Below, piece after piece: positions 46,310-55,827 of a stretch of DNA of 64,000 nucleotides. The translations under genes and the position numbers were made by a program. Origin of the DNA: Escherichia phage vB_EcoP_SP5M. The stretch's first letter is position 1. Every line of letters starts with the position of its first letter. The DNA lies in sequence record NC_070869.1; one strand, 5' to 3'. The notes under the pieces were generated by a model. That model searched no databases, was not told the origin of the DNA, and worked only from the letters and a program-made list of their open reading frames with translations.

Positions 46310-47512
46310 TTACAGAGGAGCAACAGTCTTAATCAGAGCCAGACGTTCTGGACGTTTAACCAGAATACCGTAGTACCACTTGATGGAACTGAAACCAGTC
46401 TCGCCATACGGGTCATTACGGTCAGCAGTTTCTCGACCAGGCATCTTAGTCATGATGGAGAACTTAACAGACTTACCATCAGTCTGGAAGCCAATGGTAG
46501 AGAAGGAGTCATCACCAACTACCAGCATCGGGAATACGTCGTAGTGTTCTTGACCACTAACCATAGAAGAACGGTAACCCGGGTTAGAAGAGACTTGAGC
46601 ACCAGCACCTGCCCAATGCAGCATCTCCGGAACCTGAATAATACGGAACTTGTCGATACAACCGACTTCACCGTTCATCAGAGTACCAGCATCAGCATAG
46701 TGCTGAACCTCGATGAATGCTTTGTTACCAAACAGGTCTTTCATCGCTTTCAGTTCTGGAACCAGTTCAGAACCAACGTACATTACGCGAGTACCACCAA
46801 GTACTTTGGTATCAGTCAGCTTAGAACCAGTGATGATAGTAGTCTGGGTCGGAGTACGGTTCTCAGTAAGAATCTGGTCAAGACGCATCAGGTTCTTATA
46901 AGAAACTACAGACGGGGTAGAACCTTCACCAGTGATGGTAGCATCAGAGGTAGCAGCACCTGCATACAGTACAGTACCTGCAGCAGCCAACAGGTCTTTC
47001 TGGAGAACAGCTTCAGTCAACTGTACAGCACCGTTCATCAGTTCACGAGACAGGTGTTCTTTCAGTTGGTCATCAGAATCAAAGTCCAGGGACTCTTGAG
47101 TAAATTCGTAGAAGAAACCGAACTTATGGATGGAACCTTCGCGAGACAGACGGGTAAAGCCTACACGGTTAACACGACCACCGTTCTCTGTCAGCAGAGG
47201 CAGTTTAGAGGTAATGTTACCGACGTCTTTAGAAGAACCATACAGGTTACCATTAACGATGGTAGCACCGTTGGCATCAATACCCTGGTCGTTGATGTTC
47301 TTATCATCAAGCAGTGGAACGTACTCGTACACCTTAACAGTCTTACCGTAGTTCTTCGGCATGTTGATGGTGTTAGCCAGTGGCATGAAGTACTGATCTT
47401 TACGAGACTGAATAATAGCTTTCTTCAGCCAGTAAAAGGTATTCATCTGGTCGGAACCAGCACCATCAATGCTAGATTTCTGACCGTCAACTGGAGCGTT
47501 ATAGTTTAACAT
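46310..47512 (-). CDS. major capsid protein (by size and position)
   Basis: 400 aa ORF between scaffold-like acidic protein and downstream hairpin; size matches N4-type major capsid proteins; no motif recognised, call is positional. Confidence 0.6.
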   Translation of the reverse strand: MLNYNAPVDGQKSSIDGAGSDQMNTFYWLKKAIIQSRKDQYFMPLANTINMPKNYGKTVKVYEYVPLLDDKNINDQGIDANGATIVNGNLYGSSKDVGNITSKLPLLTENGGRVNRVGFTRLSREGSIHKFGFFYEFTQESLDFDSDDQLKEHLSRELMNGAVQLTEAVLQKDLLAAAGTVLYAGAATSDATITGEGSTPSVVSYKNLMRLDQILTENRTPTQTTIITGSKLTDTKVLGGTRVMYVGSELVPELKAMKDLFGNKAFIEVQHYADAGTLMNGEVGCIDKFRIIQVPEMLHWAGAGAQVSSNPGYRSSMVSGQEHYDVFPMLVVGDDSFSTIGFQTDGKSVKFSIMTKMPGRETADRNDPYGETGFSSIKWYYGILVKRPERLALIKTVAPL

Positions 47513-47528
47513 ATCATCTTATTCCTGT

Positions 47529-48749
47529 TTAAAGACTACCCGGTACTGGGAGTTTAGCGAAATCTTCATCACTCATAGCGAGTGGGTTTACAATAGGTGT
47601 TGCTTTACGTGTAGCAGCCCGACTTAGGGAAGCTGCTTTAGCTTGCTCACTGTTAGCCAGGGTCTGCTTAGGTTGTGCTACACGCACTACCGGCTGAACC
47701 ACTGGTTTAACTGCTTGTACCGGTTCAGGCTTAGCCACTCGGTTAAATGCCCCTTGTTGTGCAAGAAGGTTACCGACGTGGTTATAAGCCTGAATGAACG
47801 GAGTACCAACCGGAATCTGACCTAACATCTGAAGACGATTCACTTCATTTGCAATGGTGTCATAAATACCATTCTCACGTTGTTCGTGAATAGTCTGGAG
47901 TAGTCCACGATTCTGGTAAAGAGCATCTTTACTGGCAGCATCCCATGTCGAGCCGATAACACCTAATGTAGCTTGTCCTTCTTGAGTAGACTTTAAGTCG
48001 TCAATTTCGGTTGCAAAATCTGCTTCGGTGTCGGTAACACGGTGATTGCCACCCTGGTAGTTAATTTCCTCATCTGGATTAAAGTCCAGGGGGTCTGTAC
48101 CAGAGTCTTTGAGCAACTTCTTAATGGCTTCAGGATTCTTTTTATCCAGGTCAATCAGGAAAGAAAGTTTATCCTCATCCATTAAACCGTTGTTCTGTAA
48201 CATCAGCATTACCTTACGGTAAGGCTTTAGTTCTTGCATCTTACGAGTATAGTTAGCACCCATCTGCATCAGGCTAATGGCCTCCTCCGGTGAACGGGGA
48301 GTAATCACTTTGCCGTTAGCTTTAAAAGGAGCCATCAACTTCTCGTAACCTTCCTTATAGTTGAAGTCAGCAGGCAGACCTTCAGACTGTTTGCCTTCTT
48401 CTTCCTGTTCCTGGCCTGGTTCAGTAGTAGAAGGTTCAGCTTTAGTAATCGGCTCACCGTTACTATCAACTTCTGTGTCAACAACTTTATCATCAACTTT
48501 ATCAGAAGTTAAAGGATTTGCTGAATCTTCTTCATCTGGTTCGGCTTCAGGGGAGGTTTCTTCGGTTGGTAGGTCTTCAACAGCAGGGGTGGCAACTTCT
48601 TCTTCAGGAGTCTGTACGCCGTTGGTTTCTGGGTTGTTCTGAGTGGAAGTGTCTTCCTCAGCGATAATTGCTGGGGCTTCCATATTCAGAATCTCATCAT
48701 CCGACATTGCGAGAATGTCGGAAGCTGTGGTTGCAGCTTCCGTAGTCAT
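47529..48749 (-). CDS. scaffolding-like acidic protein
   Basis: Very acidic, low-complexity N-terminal half (E/D/T/P-rich) followed by helical region; located between portal and capsid genes. Confidence 0.45.
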   Translation of the reverse strand: MTTEAATTASDILAMSDDEILNMEAPAIIAEEDTSTQNNPETNGVQTPEEEVATPAVEDLPTEETSPEAEPDEEDSANPLTSDKVDDKVVDTEVDSNGEPITKAEPSTTEPGQEQEEEGKQSEGLPADFNYKEGYEKLMAPFKANGKVITPRSPEEAISLMQMGANYTRKMQELKPYRKVMLMLQNNGLMDEDKLSFLIDLDKKNPEAIKKLLKDSGTDPLDFNPDEEINYQGGNHRVTDTEADFATEIDDLKSTQEGQATLGVIGSTWDAASKDALYQNRGLLQTIHEQRENGIYDTIANEVNRLQMLGQIPVGTPFIQAYNHVGNLLAQQGAFNRVAKPEPVQAVKPVVQPVVRVAQPKQTLANSEQAKAASLSRAATRKATPIVNPLAMSDEDFAKLPVPGSL

Positions 48750-48768
48750 AGGAAATATCTCCGGTTAA

Positions 48769-49113
48769 TTATTCGTCTTCAGGCTCAGCACGAACTGCGT
48801 CGAGTTCTTCTTCTACCTGTAGAATAACGTCAGCCTCGTTTTCGCCCATACGAATGGCGAGGTCGAGCCAACGACGTAAATGACCAGCAGCTTGAGCCAT
48901 GTTCAATGCATCTGCACGGTTATTGGCTTCAAGCAGTGGGTCACCAGACTCTTGCACGTAACGTGCACAATCTTCCGTACAGAACTGGCGAAGAATTACT
49001 TTACGGAACAGTGGATTCTCCAGAAGTTTACGTACATCTTCTGCATGTGCAACTACACCTTTAGCAGCTTCTAGTCGATGTTCCAGTCCAGCGATTGTTG
49101 ATTCTTTACTCAT
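48769..49113 (-). CDS. hypothetical protein
   Basis: ATG start; 114 codons between portal and scaffold-like genes. Confidence 0.45.
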   Translation of the reverse strand: MSKESTIAGLEHRLEAAKGVVAHAEDVRKLLENPLFRKVILRQFCTEDCARYVQESGDPLLEANNRADALNMAQAAGHLRRWLDLAIRMGENEADVILQVEEELDAVRAEPEDE

Positions 49114-49126
49114 GTGAAGGTCTGCC

Positions 49127-51397
49127 TTACAGGTTCATGCCAAGAGCCGATGCTGGATCTTGGCTAGGGTCATAGTATTGGGAACTAAGTGAATAAGCTG
49201 GGTCTTGTTGAGCAGCTAAATCGCGTTCTGGTATTGAGTTCCCATCAGTCAAAGTATTATATCCAACAGCAGCAGATATGTTGGGGGTAGTTTCCCCTTC
49301 TTTAATAGGTGTTGTCAATGCCTTAGTTATTTGAAGGTTCTGGTTTCCTTGAGATTGTGCTTTTTGTTTTTCCATATCACGAGCATGTTTAGTACCAGAT
49401 TCCTGTTCCAGATAATCCAGGTCTTTAAGGTCACCACTAGAAGCAGCCTCTTTAGCCTTAGCCATATTGAGTGCAATCTTACTTTGCAGCTCTTCATTCT
49501 CAAGCTGTGCTTTCTGAATTGCCAATTGCTTAAGCTGTTCTTCCATAGGGTCTGGCTGTGGTCGCCAAGTACGTAACTCATGAGCCAGGTCAGGCATACG
49601 TTTAAGTTCTGCAATCTTAGCTACAAGAGATAGCGTAATAGTTTGGTCAACCGTATTACCTAGTGTTTGAACCATGAAGCTCAAATCCTGAGACTTCTGG
49701 TTATCAATTTCAGCAGTGTTAATATCAACCTCAATGTCGAAGTTACCTTTAAGGTCTTCACGGTTAATCTCTACATACTGCTCATTAGTAATACGTACTA
49801 CTTCCTTCTCAGATAAGAACACAGCATTCATTGCACAAATCTTAGTACCAATGTCTGCCATACCTTTAGCTAATCGGCGAAGGATTGCCATCTCACGTTT
49901 GGATGCTGCATCAAGTGCACCACGAATACCAGCAGCCACGTCACCATAAGCAGAACCAGTTACACCACCGGAGAATGCTTTAACACCAGTTAGTGATTCT
50001 GCTTCCTGGTTTTGCATCTGGGTCATTACTATTGCCGACTGAGGTAATTCAGGGAACTTATGTTCCATAATAGCCTGACTAGGATTGCCCTGCATTGGGT
50101 TGTATTCATAGTCTTGCCCATCGTCATATCGACGACGGTTTAGTGTATCCAGCATCCCTTTAGGATAACCACGTTGACCATTTGCACTACGACCCAACAG
50201 GTCAATCATCCCACGCATAGTTGCACCAAGAATCGCTTGGTTATCCCCTAAAAGTTCAGCATCGGCTTCACCAAAGAGTTCACGCTTACGTGGCATGTAA
50301 GGAACAACTACCAAAGGTAACTTACCATCAGGGAATGGGTTCTTCTCCATACGAATAAGAGTAGAACCAATCCAGGTAGCAACAATAGGTTCCAAAGAAC
50401 CATCATCATTGATGTCGTAAAATCCCCAGTATTCATAAGCAACAACTTTCTTACGAAGTGCATCCTTAAACTGGAAGTCGCTTGGAGTTTTACTCTCATG
50501 GTCTGGGTCAGTCATAGGACTGGAGCTTTCCCAGTCAATCTTATCTAAGTTGTGATATAGATCCTTGTTCTTCATGAGGTCTGCTTTGCATGTCTCAAAG
50601 GAGATAACTGCATACAGAGCCTTATCCAAATCACCATTACAGCTTGGATCAATAACTACGTTATTAGGATTAAGCATTTCAACGGTAGGTCTGTTAACCA
50701 GTGCCTTCTCTACCTCTACTTCAGTAACTCCTGTCTGTATTGCATAGGTAGCTTCTCCAGTTTCATTGAAGTAGTTAACAGCTTCCTTAATATCTTCAGG
50801 CATTGTTTCGTCGTACTCACGAGGATTCTCTGCCTGAAGTTGTAAAGCCTGTTGAAGAACATCTGCCTGTTCCTGGTTCTCAATTGGATACAACTGGAAG
50901 ACCGGTGTTTCTGTTTTAATTTTAACAGTCTTACGTTCCCAGCCAATACGAGCAATACCAGTACCGTCATCTACGACACTGTGTACGTAATCATCCACCA
51001 GTTTTACTTTATTAAGCTGGGTACGGAATTGGTAGTTAAGAACTAATTCATTCTGTCGTGCAGCTAACTCATCTTCAAAGGTAACAGGAGTTACTTTAAA
51101 GAGTTTATTAGATGAGAGGAACGGCTCAGACAATGGAGCATACCGCCACTCTGCCTGACGGCGAACCAGTCTGGGTTGGACTTGTGACCGTCCTTTAACC
51201 TTTGGGGGTTTAGCTTTACCCTTGACTTCCATCAGGTCATTCCACTCACGAATCTGTGCCATGATTGCTTCGTGAGCAGGTTTAGCTGATTCCAAATCAC
51301 CCTTCAGTAATTGGATACTTGGTTCCTTCTTCCAGTCCGTTAGCTTCTCTGATTGAGCCGGGTCAGGTAAAGGCTTAAAAGTGTCTTGGTGTTCCAT
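49127..51397 (-). CDS. portal protein (by size and position)
   Basis: 756 aa from ATG 51397 (track start 51403 is TTG); size matches N4-type portal; lies upstream of the scaffold/capsid genes. Confidence 0.6.
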   Translation of the reverse strand: MEHQDTFKPLPDPAQSEKLTDWKKEPSIQLLKGDLESAKPAHEAIMAQIREWNDLMEVKGKAKPPKVKGRSQVQPRLVRRQAEWRYAPLSEPFLSSNKLFKVTPVTFEDELAARQNELVLNYQFRTQLNKVKLVDDYVHSVVDDGTGIARIGWERKTVKIKTETPVFQLYPIENQEQADVLQQALQLQAENPREYDETMPEDIKEAVNYFNETGEATYAIQTGVTEVEVEKALVNRPTVEMLNPNNVVIDPSCNGDLDKALYAVISFETCKADLMKNKDLYHNLDKIDWESSSPMTDPDHESKTPSDFQFKDALRKKVVAYEYWGFYDINDDGSLEPIVATWIGSTLIRMEKNPFPDGKLPLVVVPYMPRKRELFGEADAELLGDNQAILGATMRGMIDLLGRSANGQRGYPKGMLDTLNRRRYDDGQDYEYNPMQGNPSQAIMEHKFPELPQSAIVMTQMQNQEAESLTGVKAFSGGVTGSAYGDVAAGIRGALDAASKREMAILRRLAKGMADIGTKICAMNAVFLSEKEVVRITNEQYVEINREDLKGNFDIEVDINTAEIDNQKSQDLSFMVQTLGNTVDQTITLSLVAKIAELKRMPDLAHELRTWRPQPDPMEEQLKQLAIQKAQLENEELQSKIALNMAKAKEAASSGDLKDLDYLEQESGTKHARDMEKQKAQSQGNQNLQITKALTTPIKEGETTPNISAAVGYNTLTDGNSIPERDLAAQQDPAYSLSSQYYDPSQDPASALGMNL

Positions 51398-51405
51398 AGT
51401 CAATC

Positions 51406-51906
51406 CTATTCAAAAAGTTTACGGTCAGCCTGAATTTGTTTACCCAACTCAACTAGTTGGTTGTCACGGAGTCTAACAGTTGCCCGGAGTTCTTCAACCA
51501 AACGTCTGCCTTCTTCAAGACTACTGTCGAGTCTGGCTGCATGGCTTGCAAGACTTCTGCACTCAAGGGTTCCGGCTTCGGCTTGACGTTTATATACCGA
51601 TGCTCGTCTTTCAGACTGTTGCATCCGGCTGTCGTAATCACTGCTAACGCGAGCAAGCTCGCTTGCGTAATTACTCTCAGCCATCTGCAACCGGGAAGTA
51701 AGTAACCCGACTTCATAACTATGGTTTCTTTGGAGAGCATTGTATTTGTCCTGTAGTTTTTGTGTTGCCTTCAGGTCTTCGACCTTTTGGTCATCCCATT
51801 TCTTTTGAACAGTAGACTGCCCATTGGAATTGCCCCAAAAGTAAATGGTGGCCCCGAGGACCACCACCAGAAGATAAGGCCAACCTTTAGAGATTAGCAT
51901 CTTCAT
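51406..51906 (-). CDS. i-spanin (Rz-like)
   Basis: ATG 51906 with GGAGG RBS; N-terminal TM segment [16 protein letters not shown] followed by coiled-coil-like charged region; adjacent to endolysin. Confidence 0.55.
   Translation of the reverse strand: MKMLISKGWPYLLVVVLGATIYFWGNSNGQSTVQKKWDDQKVEDLKATQKLQDKYNALQRNHSYEVGLLTSRLQMAESNYASELARVSSDYDSRMQQSERRASVYKRQAEAGTLECRSLASHAARLDSSLEEGRRLVEELRATVRLRDNQLVELGKQIQADRKLFE
51453..51740 (-). CDS. o-spanin (Rz1-like), embedded in the i-spanin gene in another frame
   Basis: Lipoprotein-like signal ending in lipobox-like TAGC ([12 protein letters not shown]); short Pro-rich mature part (KPKPEP); fully nested in the i-spanin ORF. Confidence 0.5.
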   Translation of the reverse strand: MLSKETIVMKSGYLLPGCRWLRVITQASLLALAVITTAGCNSLKDEHRYINVKPKPEPLSAEVLQAMQPDSTVVLKKADVWLKNSGQLLDSVTTN

Positions 51907-52522
51907 TACATGCCTCCAGTGGCACATTACCGATTCGGTTAGCTACCCAACCATACGTAAAATCTGGCATGTTCAATGAGGTGTAGTGGTTCAGTTGTTT
52001 AGCATCAAGTAACTTAATCATTACCTGACATGCTGCAACTTTGCCTCGTTTTTTCTGTAATGCTTTATATGCATTAACAGTACCTGCACCGACTTTACCA
52101 TCAACTTGTATTTTAGGGTAGTCTTTGCCATCACGGGACATTTCATTAAGGGATTGCTGCAACCACTTAGCTGGTCTGATTACACCGGTATTAACACCAG
52201 CATCAACCAGTTTGTGTGTTACAGCAGGAGATATATCAGTGAAGGCTACGAAGTTAGGCTTAAGTACATAGTCATCAATGTATATCTCAGCAGCCATCTC
52301 TTTAGATAAACCCTTCATGGAACCATCCCAACCATATTCAGCAGCCAGAACTTCTTTATGAGATTTAGCTACTGATTGAGTAATACCATGATTAGTTTCC
52401 CCACCTGGGTCACGCGGATTGTTTACATACCCTCCTTCCATATAGAACACTGCCCCCAGAATAGCAGCGACAACTCCTCCCACTGCACCACCTTTTGCAG
52501 CAAGTTTTTGTTTAGCTTTCAT
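51887..52522 (-). CDS. endolysin, GH108-type N-acetylmuramidase with N-terminal signal-anchor
   Basis: EGGYVNNPRDPGGETNHGIT matches the GH108 signature; N-terminal hydrophobic segment GGAVGGVVAAILGAVF suggests a SAR-type anchor. Confidence 0.7.
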   Translation of the reverse strand: MKAKQKLAAKGGAVGGVVAAILGAVFYMEGGYVNNPRDPGGETNHGITQSVAKSHKEVLAAEYGWDGSMKGLSKEMAAEIYIDDYVLKPNFVAFTDISPAVTHKLVDAGVNTGVIRPAKWLQQSLNEMSRDGKDYPKIQVDGKVGAGTVNAYKALQKKRGKVAACQVMIKLLDAKQLNHYTSLNMPDFTYGWVANRIGNVPLEACNEDANL

Positions 52523-52772
52523 GAGAATCTTCCTTTGGATGGAATCGTATTAGTCTGCCTACAATGTTTAAGGCAAACAGTGCGATTGTAATGCTGGAAC
52601 CATGTGGGATATCTTCAAGGATATGACGAGGCAGTCCCGTCAGCATTGGTTGGATAATATCTACAGCAGAAAACAGAATTAACCCAAACGTGCTAATCTG
52701 AACAGATGCCCACTTCCAGGATTTCTTCCAGTTAGGTACTAGCCCTATCTTTCTTTTTAGCCTGCAAACCAT
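52512..52772 (-). CDS. holin-like membrane protein
   Basis: ATG 52772 with GGGAG RBS (track start 52838 is upstream); two hydrophobic segments; immediately upstream of endolysin. Confidence 0.5.
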   Translation of the reverse strand: MVCRLKRKIGLVPNWKKSWKWASVQISTFGLILFSAVDIIQPMLTGLPRHILEDIPHGSSITIALFALNIVGRLIRFHPKEDSHES

Positions 52773-53089
52773 GCGAATATCTCCCGTCTTGCAGCAGCCA
52801 ATACACCAATAATTGCACCTGCTCCAGCCCACACCCACTTACCAAAAATCCCAGCACCAGCAACTTTATGTTTAATGGTGATGAACTCTTCGATGGTAGG
52901 TTCAGACTTAGTGATGCTCTCCTCTACCCGTTTAAGTCGGGTACTAAGGTCGCCCATAGACTCACTTAGCTTTTTAATAGACTCTTCCATTTTCTCCCTT
53001 TCCCTCGATTCACGAGTTTGGTTTTCGAAAATGTTTCTCAGTCTCTCTTCAAGTCTGGCTAGAGTTACGTTATCTGGTTCATTTCCCAT
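52757..53089 (-). CDS. membrane protein with coiled-coil region and C-terminal TM segment
   Basis: Charged helical N-terminal region and C-terminal GIFGKWVWAGAGAIIGVLAAA; first gene of the lysis cluster. Confidence 0.45.
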   Translation of the reverse strand: MGNEPDNVTLARLEERLRNIFENQTRESREREKMEESIKKLSESMGDLSTRLKRVEESITKSEPTIEEFITIKHKVAGAGIFGKWVWAGAGAIIGVLAAARREIFAWFAG

Positions 53090-53298
53090 AGGGACTTTCT
53101 CAGGTTAGTTAAGTCATAATTGACTAAAACAGTCTACCTAATGACTTGTTTGTGGTACAACAAAAACCCTCCCCAACAGTCTAGCTGGGCTGGTTAGTAC
53201 CTAAAATATTGAACAATAAATCTGTCTACAACAAAGCCTACAAGGAGGCAATGAGCCACCGATGGACTTCGACGACGACATTCCGTTCTGATGAAGAA

Positions 53299-53314
53299 AG
53301 GGCCATGCGGCCCT
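53299..53314. terminator. hairpin in the 338-bp intergenic region, possible terminator
   Basis: Stem AGGGCC/GGCCCT with ATGC loop; T-rich on both flanks. Confidence 0.35.
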
Positions 53315-53426
53315 TTTGATTATGATGATAACAGCTCTATAATCTTTTTAACCAGTTCAGCCACGTATCTGAACCAGATTACAAATGGCGGTTCGGTCGG
53401 TTCTGTTTCACCTTCTATTTTCACCC

Positions 53427-55445
53427 CTACATTGATGGCAGTAGAGAGACATTAACATCTCTCACAAGCCCATCAACACTAGTTAACACAACTGAGATGT
53501 CACCAGTTGAACTATTAATAGATAAGCTAACAGTAACCCCTGTTCCAGAAAGACCAATCCTTCCAGAGCTTGCGACAATTCCGCTGGTGATGATATCAAG
53601 ATAGAAATTGGTTTCGTGCCTTATCCCTATAGGTATTTTTATATAATCACCTTGTGCAGTATTGCCAATTCTGCACTCAATCAATATGGCTCTGGTGACG
53701 TATGTATCATATAAATCTTGCGCAATATTGGGCTTAGTGAATGATAACGTTGCTCCCACAGTGGCTGGTAATCTACCTGATGACTGTGCACCAATAATCC
53801 GTCTTCCTTTGATAACCTGTGACATTCCAACATTTACATCATCATCCATACCGAGATTTCCGGTTATAGCTTTATTTAATGTAGGAGCCTTCTGGTTAAG
53901 TGCCGAAGTAACAAAACCGGTCATATCACTTCCAGATATCAGGAGTGTCCCATTACCAGAGCCAAGAACCGATACGTTAAACGATGGAGAATTTGTCCCA
54001 CCCTGACCCCACTCTTTAGCTCCGTTTCGGGTTCTCACCCCAGAGATTACTATTTTACCGTTATCAATAATAACAAAGTTTGCTGAGTAGTTATCATTCA
54101 TTGGTTGATTAGTACCACTGCGAGCGACGACAACTCCGGTTACAATCCATGACGAATCCTTGCCAGCAACTACCCCTCCTCGTCCAGCCCTGTCGCACAG
54201 TTCACCTGAAATCTGGTTTTCTATTGATTCATACGCATACCAGTTATCACCAGCGTTCCATTCGTTACGGCATCCCCCGAAAAAGTTACTATTTGCCCCA
54301 CCGACAAGAGCTACGCCTCGGTCATTGGCATTGATTGTGCAACCAATCATCATAGAGTCTATTAAATTTTTAACTCCGTCCCCATTTCCAGATAGTGAAC
54401 AAAAGTGTGCTTTCACTGTTGCGATGTATCTTGCTGATCCTTCCTTATTCCAACCAATACCAATAGCAAAACGGTAAATCCCGCACCCTTCAAGTCGAGT
54501 ACCGTTGAACTCGGTAGATTTATCTGCGGAATAAAAAAGATACGTTGTTTTATCTCGACCATCAAAAACAATATCCCGGAACACATGACGACCAGTTGAA
54601 TAAAACGGAAAGCTTGCTCCAGCTGCTACACGGATAACGACCCCGCAATTAAGGAAGCTACTGTCATCTGATACAGTGTATGGTCGACGACATCCCCACC
54701 CTATAAGTGAGAATCCCAATGGAAGCGTAGCGGGATCGCTACCAAGTTCAATAATCCCCAGGTTCCTCGGTATATCAAGGACCATAACTCCTGCAGCTAT
54801 AGCTGCTTTTAACGCATAGTCCGCTGAGACTACTGCTCCAGAAGTTGTAAGTAATGCTTGTTGATCCGATTCGGTAAGGTATTCAAAAAGTGACGCACGA
54901 ATGATTCTGTCCAGAGGGGAGGCGTTCCGGGACACCATTGACGCCCCTGTTTCAGAAGACATCTCCTGCCTAAGCGTTGCATCACCAACACTAACCCACG
55001 CATTAGGGCTAACACCACCGGTTGATGTAGGGGTTGAACCAGCAGGAACTACCTTAGGTAGTACACCATCCCAACGGTATTTACCACCAGCAAAAACAAC
55101 CAGTTCATTCTTAGTATTAACAGTTACTCCAGTATTAAATGAACCAGGTAAGGTTACATATTCCTCACGAGTAACAGCTAGTGCACCTAAGTCCACACTA
55201 CCGGCAGAATGTACCAACACACCAGCAGGGCTAAGGCTTACAGCAGTCACCCCTGAACCAATGTCAGCAGGTAAGGAATAAGCACGCTGTGTCACTTTGT
55301 CATAGATAACTTTATAGCCAGTAAGCAGAGCACCAACTGAGAAATAAACAACTTCGGATTGCTTAACTCCAAAGTGACGAGCTATCACTTGTTTATTAGT
55401 CTGTTTTGCTACCGGGCCTGTTGGCTGGGTAAACATCTTATTCAT
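53427..55445 (-). CDS. tail fibre / tailspike protein
   Basis: 672 aa, Gly/Ser/Thr/Val-rich beta-type composition; ATG with GAGGA RBS; adjacent to second tailspike gene. Confidence 0.5.
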   Translation of the reverse strand: MNKMFTQPTGPVAKQTNKQVIARHFGVKQSEVVYFSVGALLTGYKVIYDKVTQRAYSLPADIGSGVTAVSLSPAGVLVHSAGSVDLGALAVTREEYVTLPGSFNTGVTVNTKNELVVFAGGKYRWDGVLPKVVPAGSTPTSTGGVSPNAWVSVGDATLRQEMSSETGASMVSRNASPLDRIIRASLFEYLTESDQQALLTTSGAVVSADYALKAAIAAGVMVLDIPRNLGIIELGSDPATLPLGFSLIGWGCRRPYTVSDDSSFLNCGVVIRVAAGASFPFYSTGRHVFRDIVFDGRDKTTYLFYSADKSTEFNGTRLEGCGIYRFAIGIGWNKEGSARYIATVKAHFCSLSGNGDGVKNLIDSMMIGCTINANDRGVALVGGANSNFFGGCRNEWNAGDNWYAYESIENQISGELCDRAGRGGVVAGKDSSWIVTGVVVARSGTNQPMNDNYSANFVIIDNGKIVISGVRTRNGAKEWGQGGTNSPSFNVSVLGSGNGTLLISGSDMTGFVTSALNQKAPTLNKAITGNLGMDDDVNVGMSQVIKGRRIIGAQSSGRLPATVGATLSFTKPNIAQDLYDTYVTRAILIECRIGNTAQGDYIKIPIGIRHETNFYLDIITSGIVASSGRIGLSGTGVTVSLSINSSTGDISVVLTSVDGLVRDVNVSLLPSM

Positions 55446-55537
55446 GGGTTAATCCTCATGTTGTAGTTTGATTTAGTACTGCTTATTAGTAAGTAAGCCC
55501 CACTTATGTGGGGCTTTTCAAAAATTCACTACAAGAT

Positions 55538-55819
55538 TCAGCTAATAGTCACCCCATTATCAATAAGGTACTTAACTAAACCATCTGCATCCCCAGTATA
55601 ACTAGCAATTAACTGTTGCAGATTCTTTTCAGTACTAGTTTCTGAAATAGGAAGTAAATCGGCTTGGTCAATCTTTAGACAATAGCCATTGTTAATGTTT
55701 TCTATAACGCATTGGTTACTATCTAACCAACGCACAATAGCCCCCTCAGAAGCATAGCTAACAACATTTCCAACTACTAAGGCCGACTGACCGTCCCAAA
55801 TGTTTTCATTTAACATCAT
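55538..55819 (-). CDS. hypothetical protein (possible tail fibre accessory)
   Basis: ATG 55819 with GAGGA RBS (track start is TTG); 93 codons between the two tail genes. Confidence 0.4.
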   Translation of the reverse strand: MMLNENIWDGQSALVVGNVVSYASEGAIVRWLDSNQCVIENINNGYCLKIDQADLLPISETSTEKNLQQLIASYTGDADGLVKYLIDNGVTIS

Positions 55820-55827
55820 ATATTTCC

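Noticed and set aside
46091-47509. 472-codon plus-strand ORF antisense to the major capsid gene
   Set aside because: Completely overlaps a well-supported minus-strand gene, has no Shine-Dalgarno, and its product is low-complexity; long antisense ORFs commonly arise opposite highly expressed genes.
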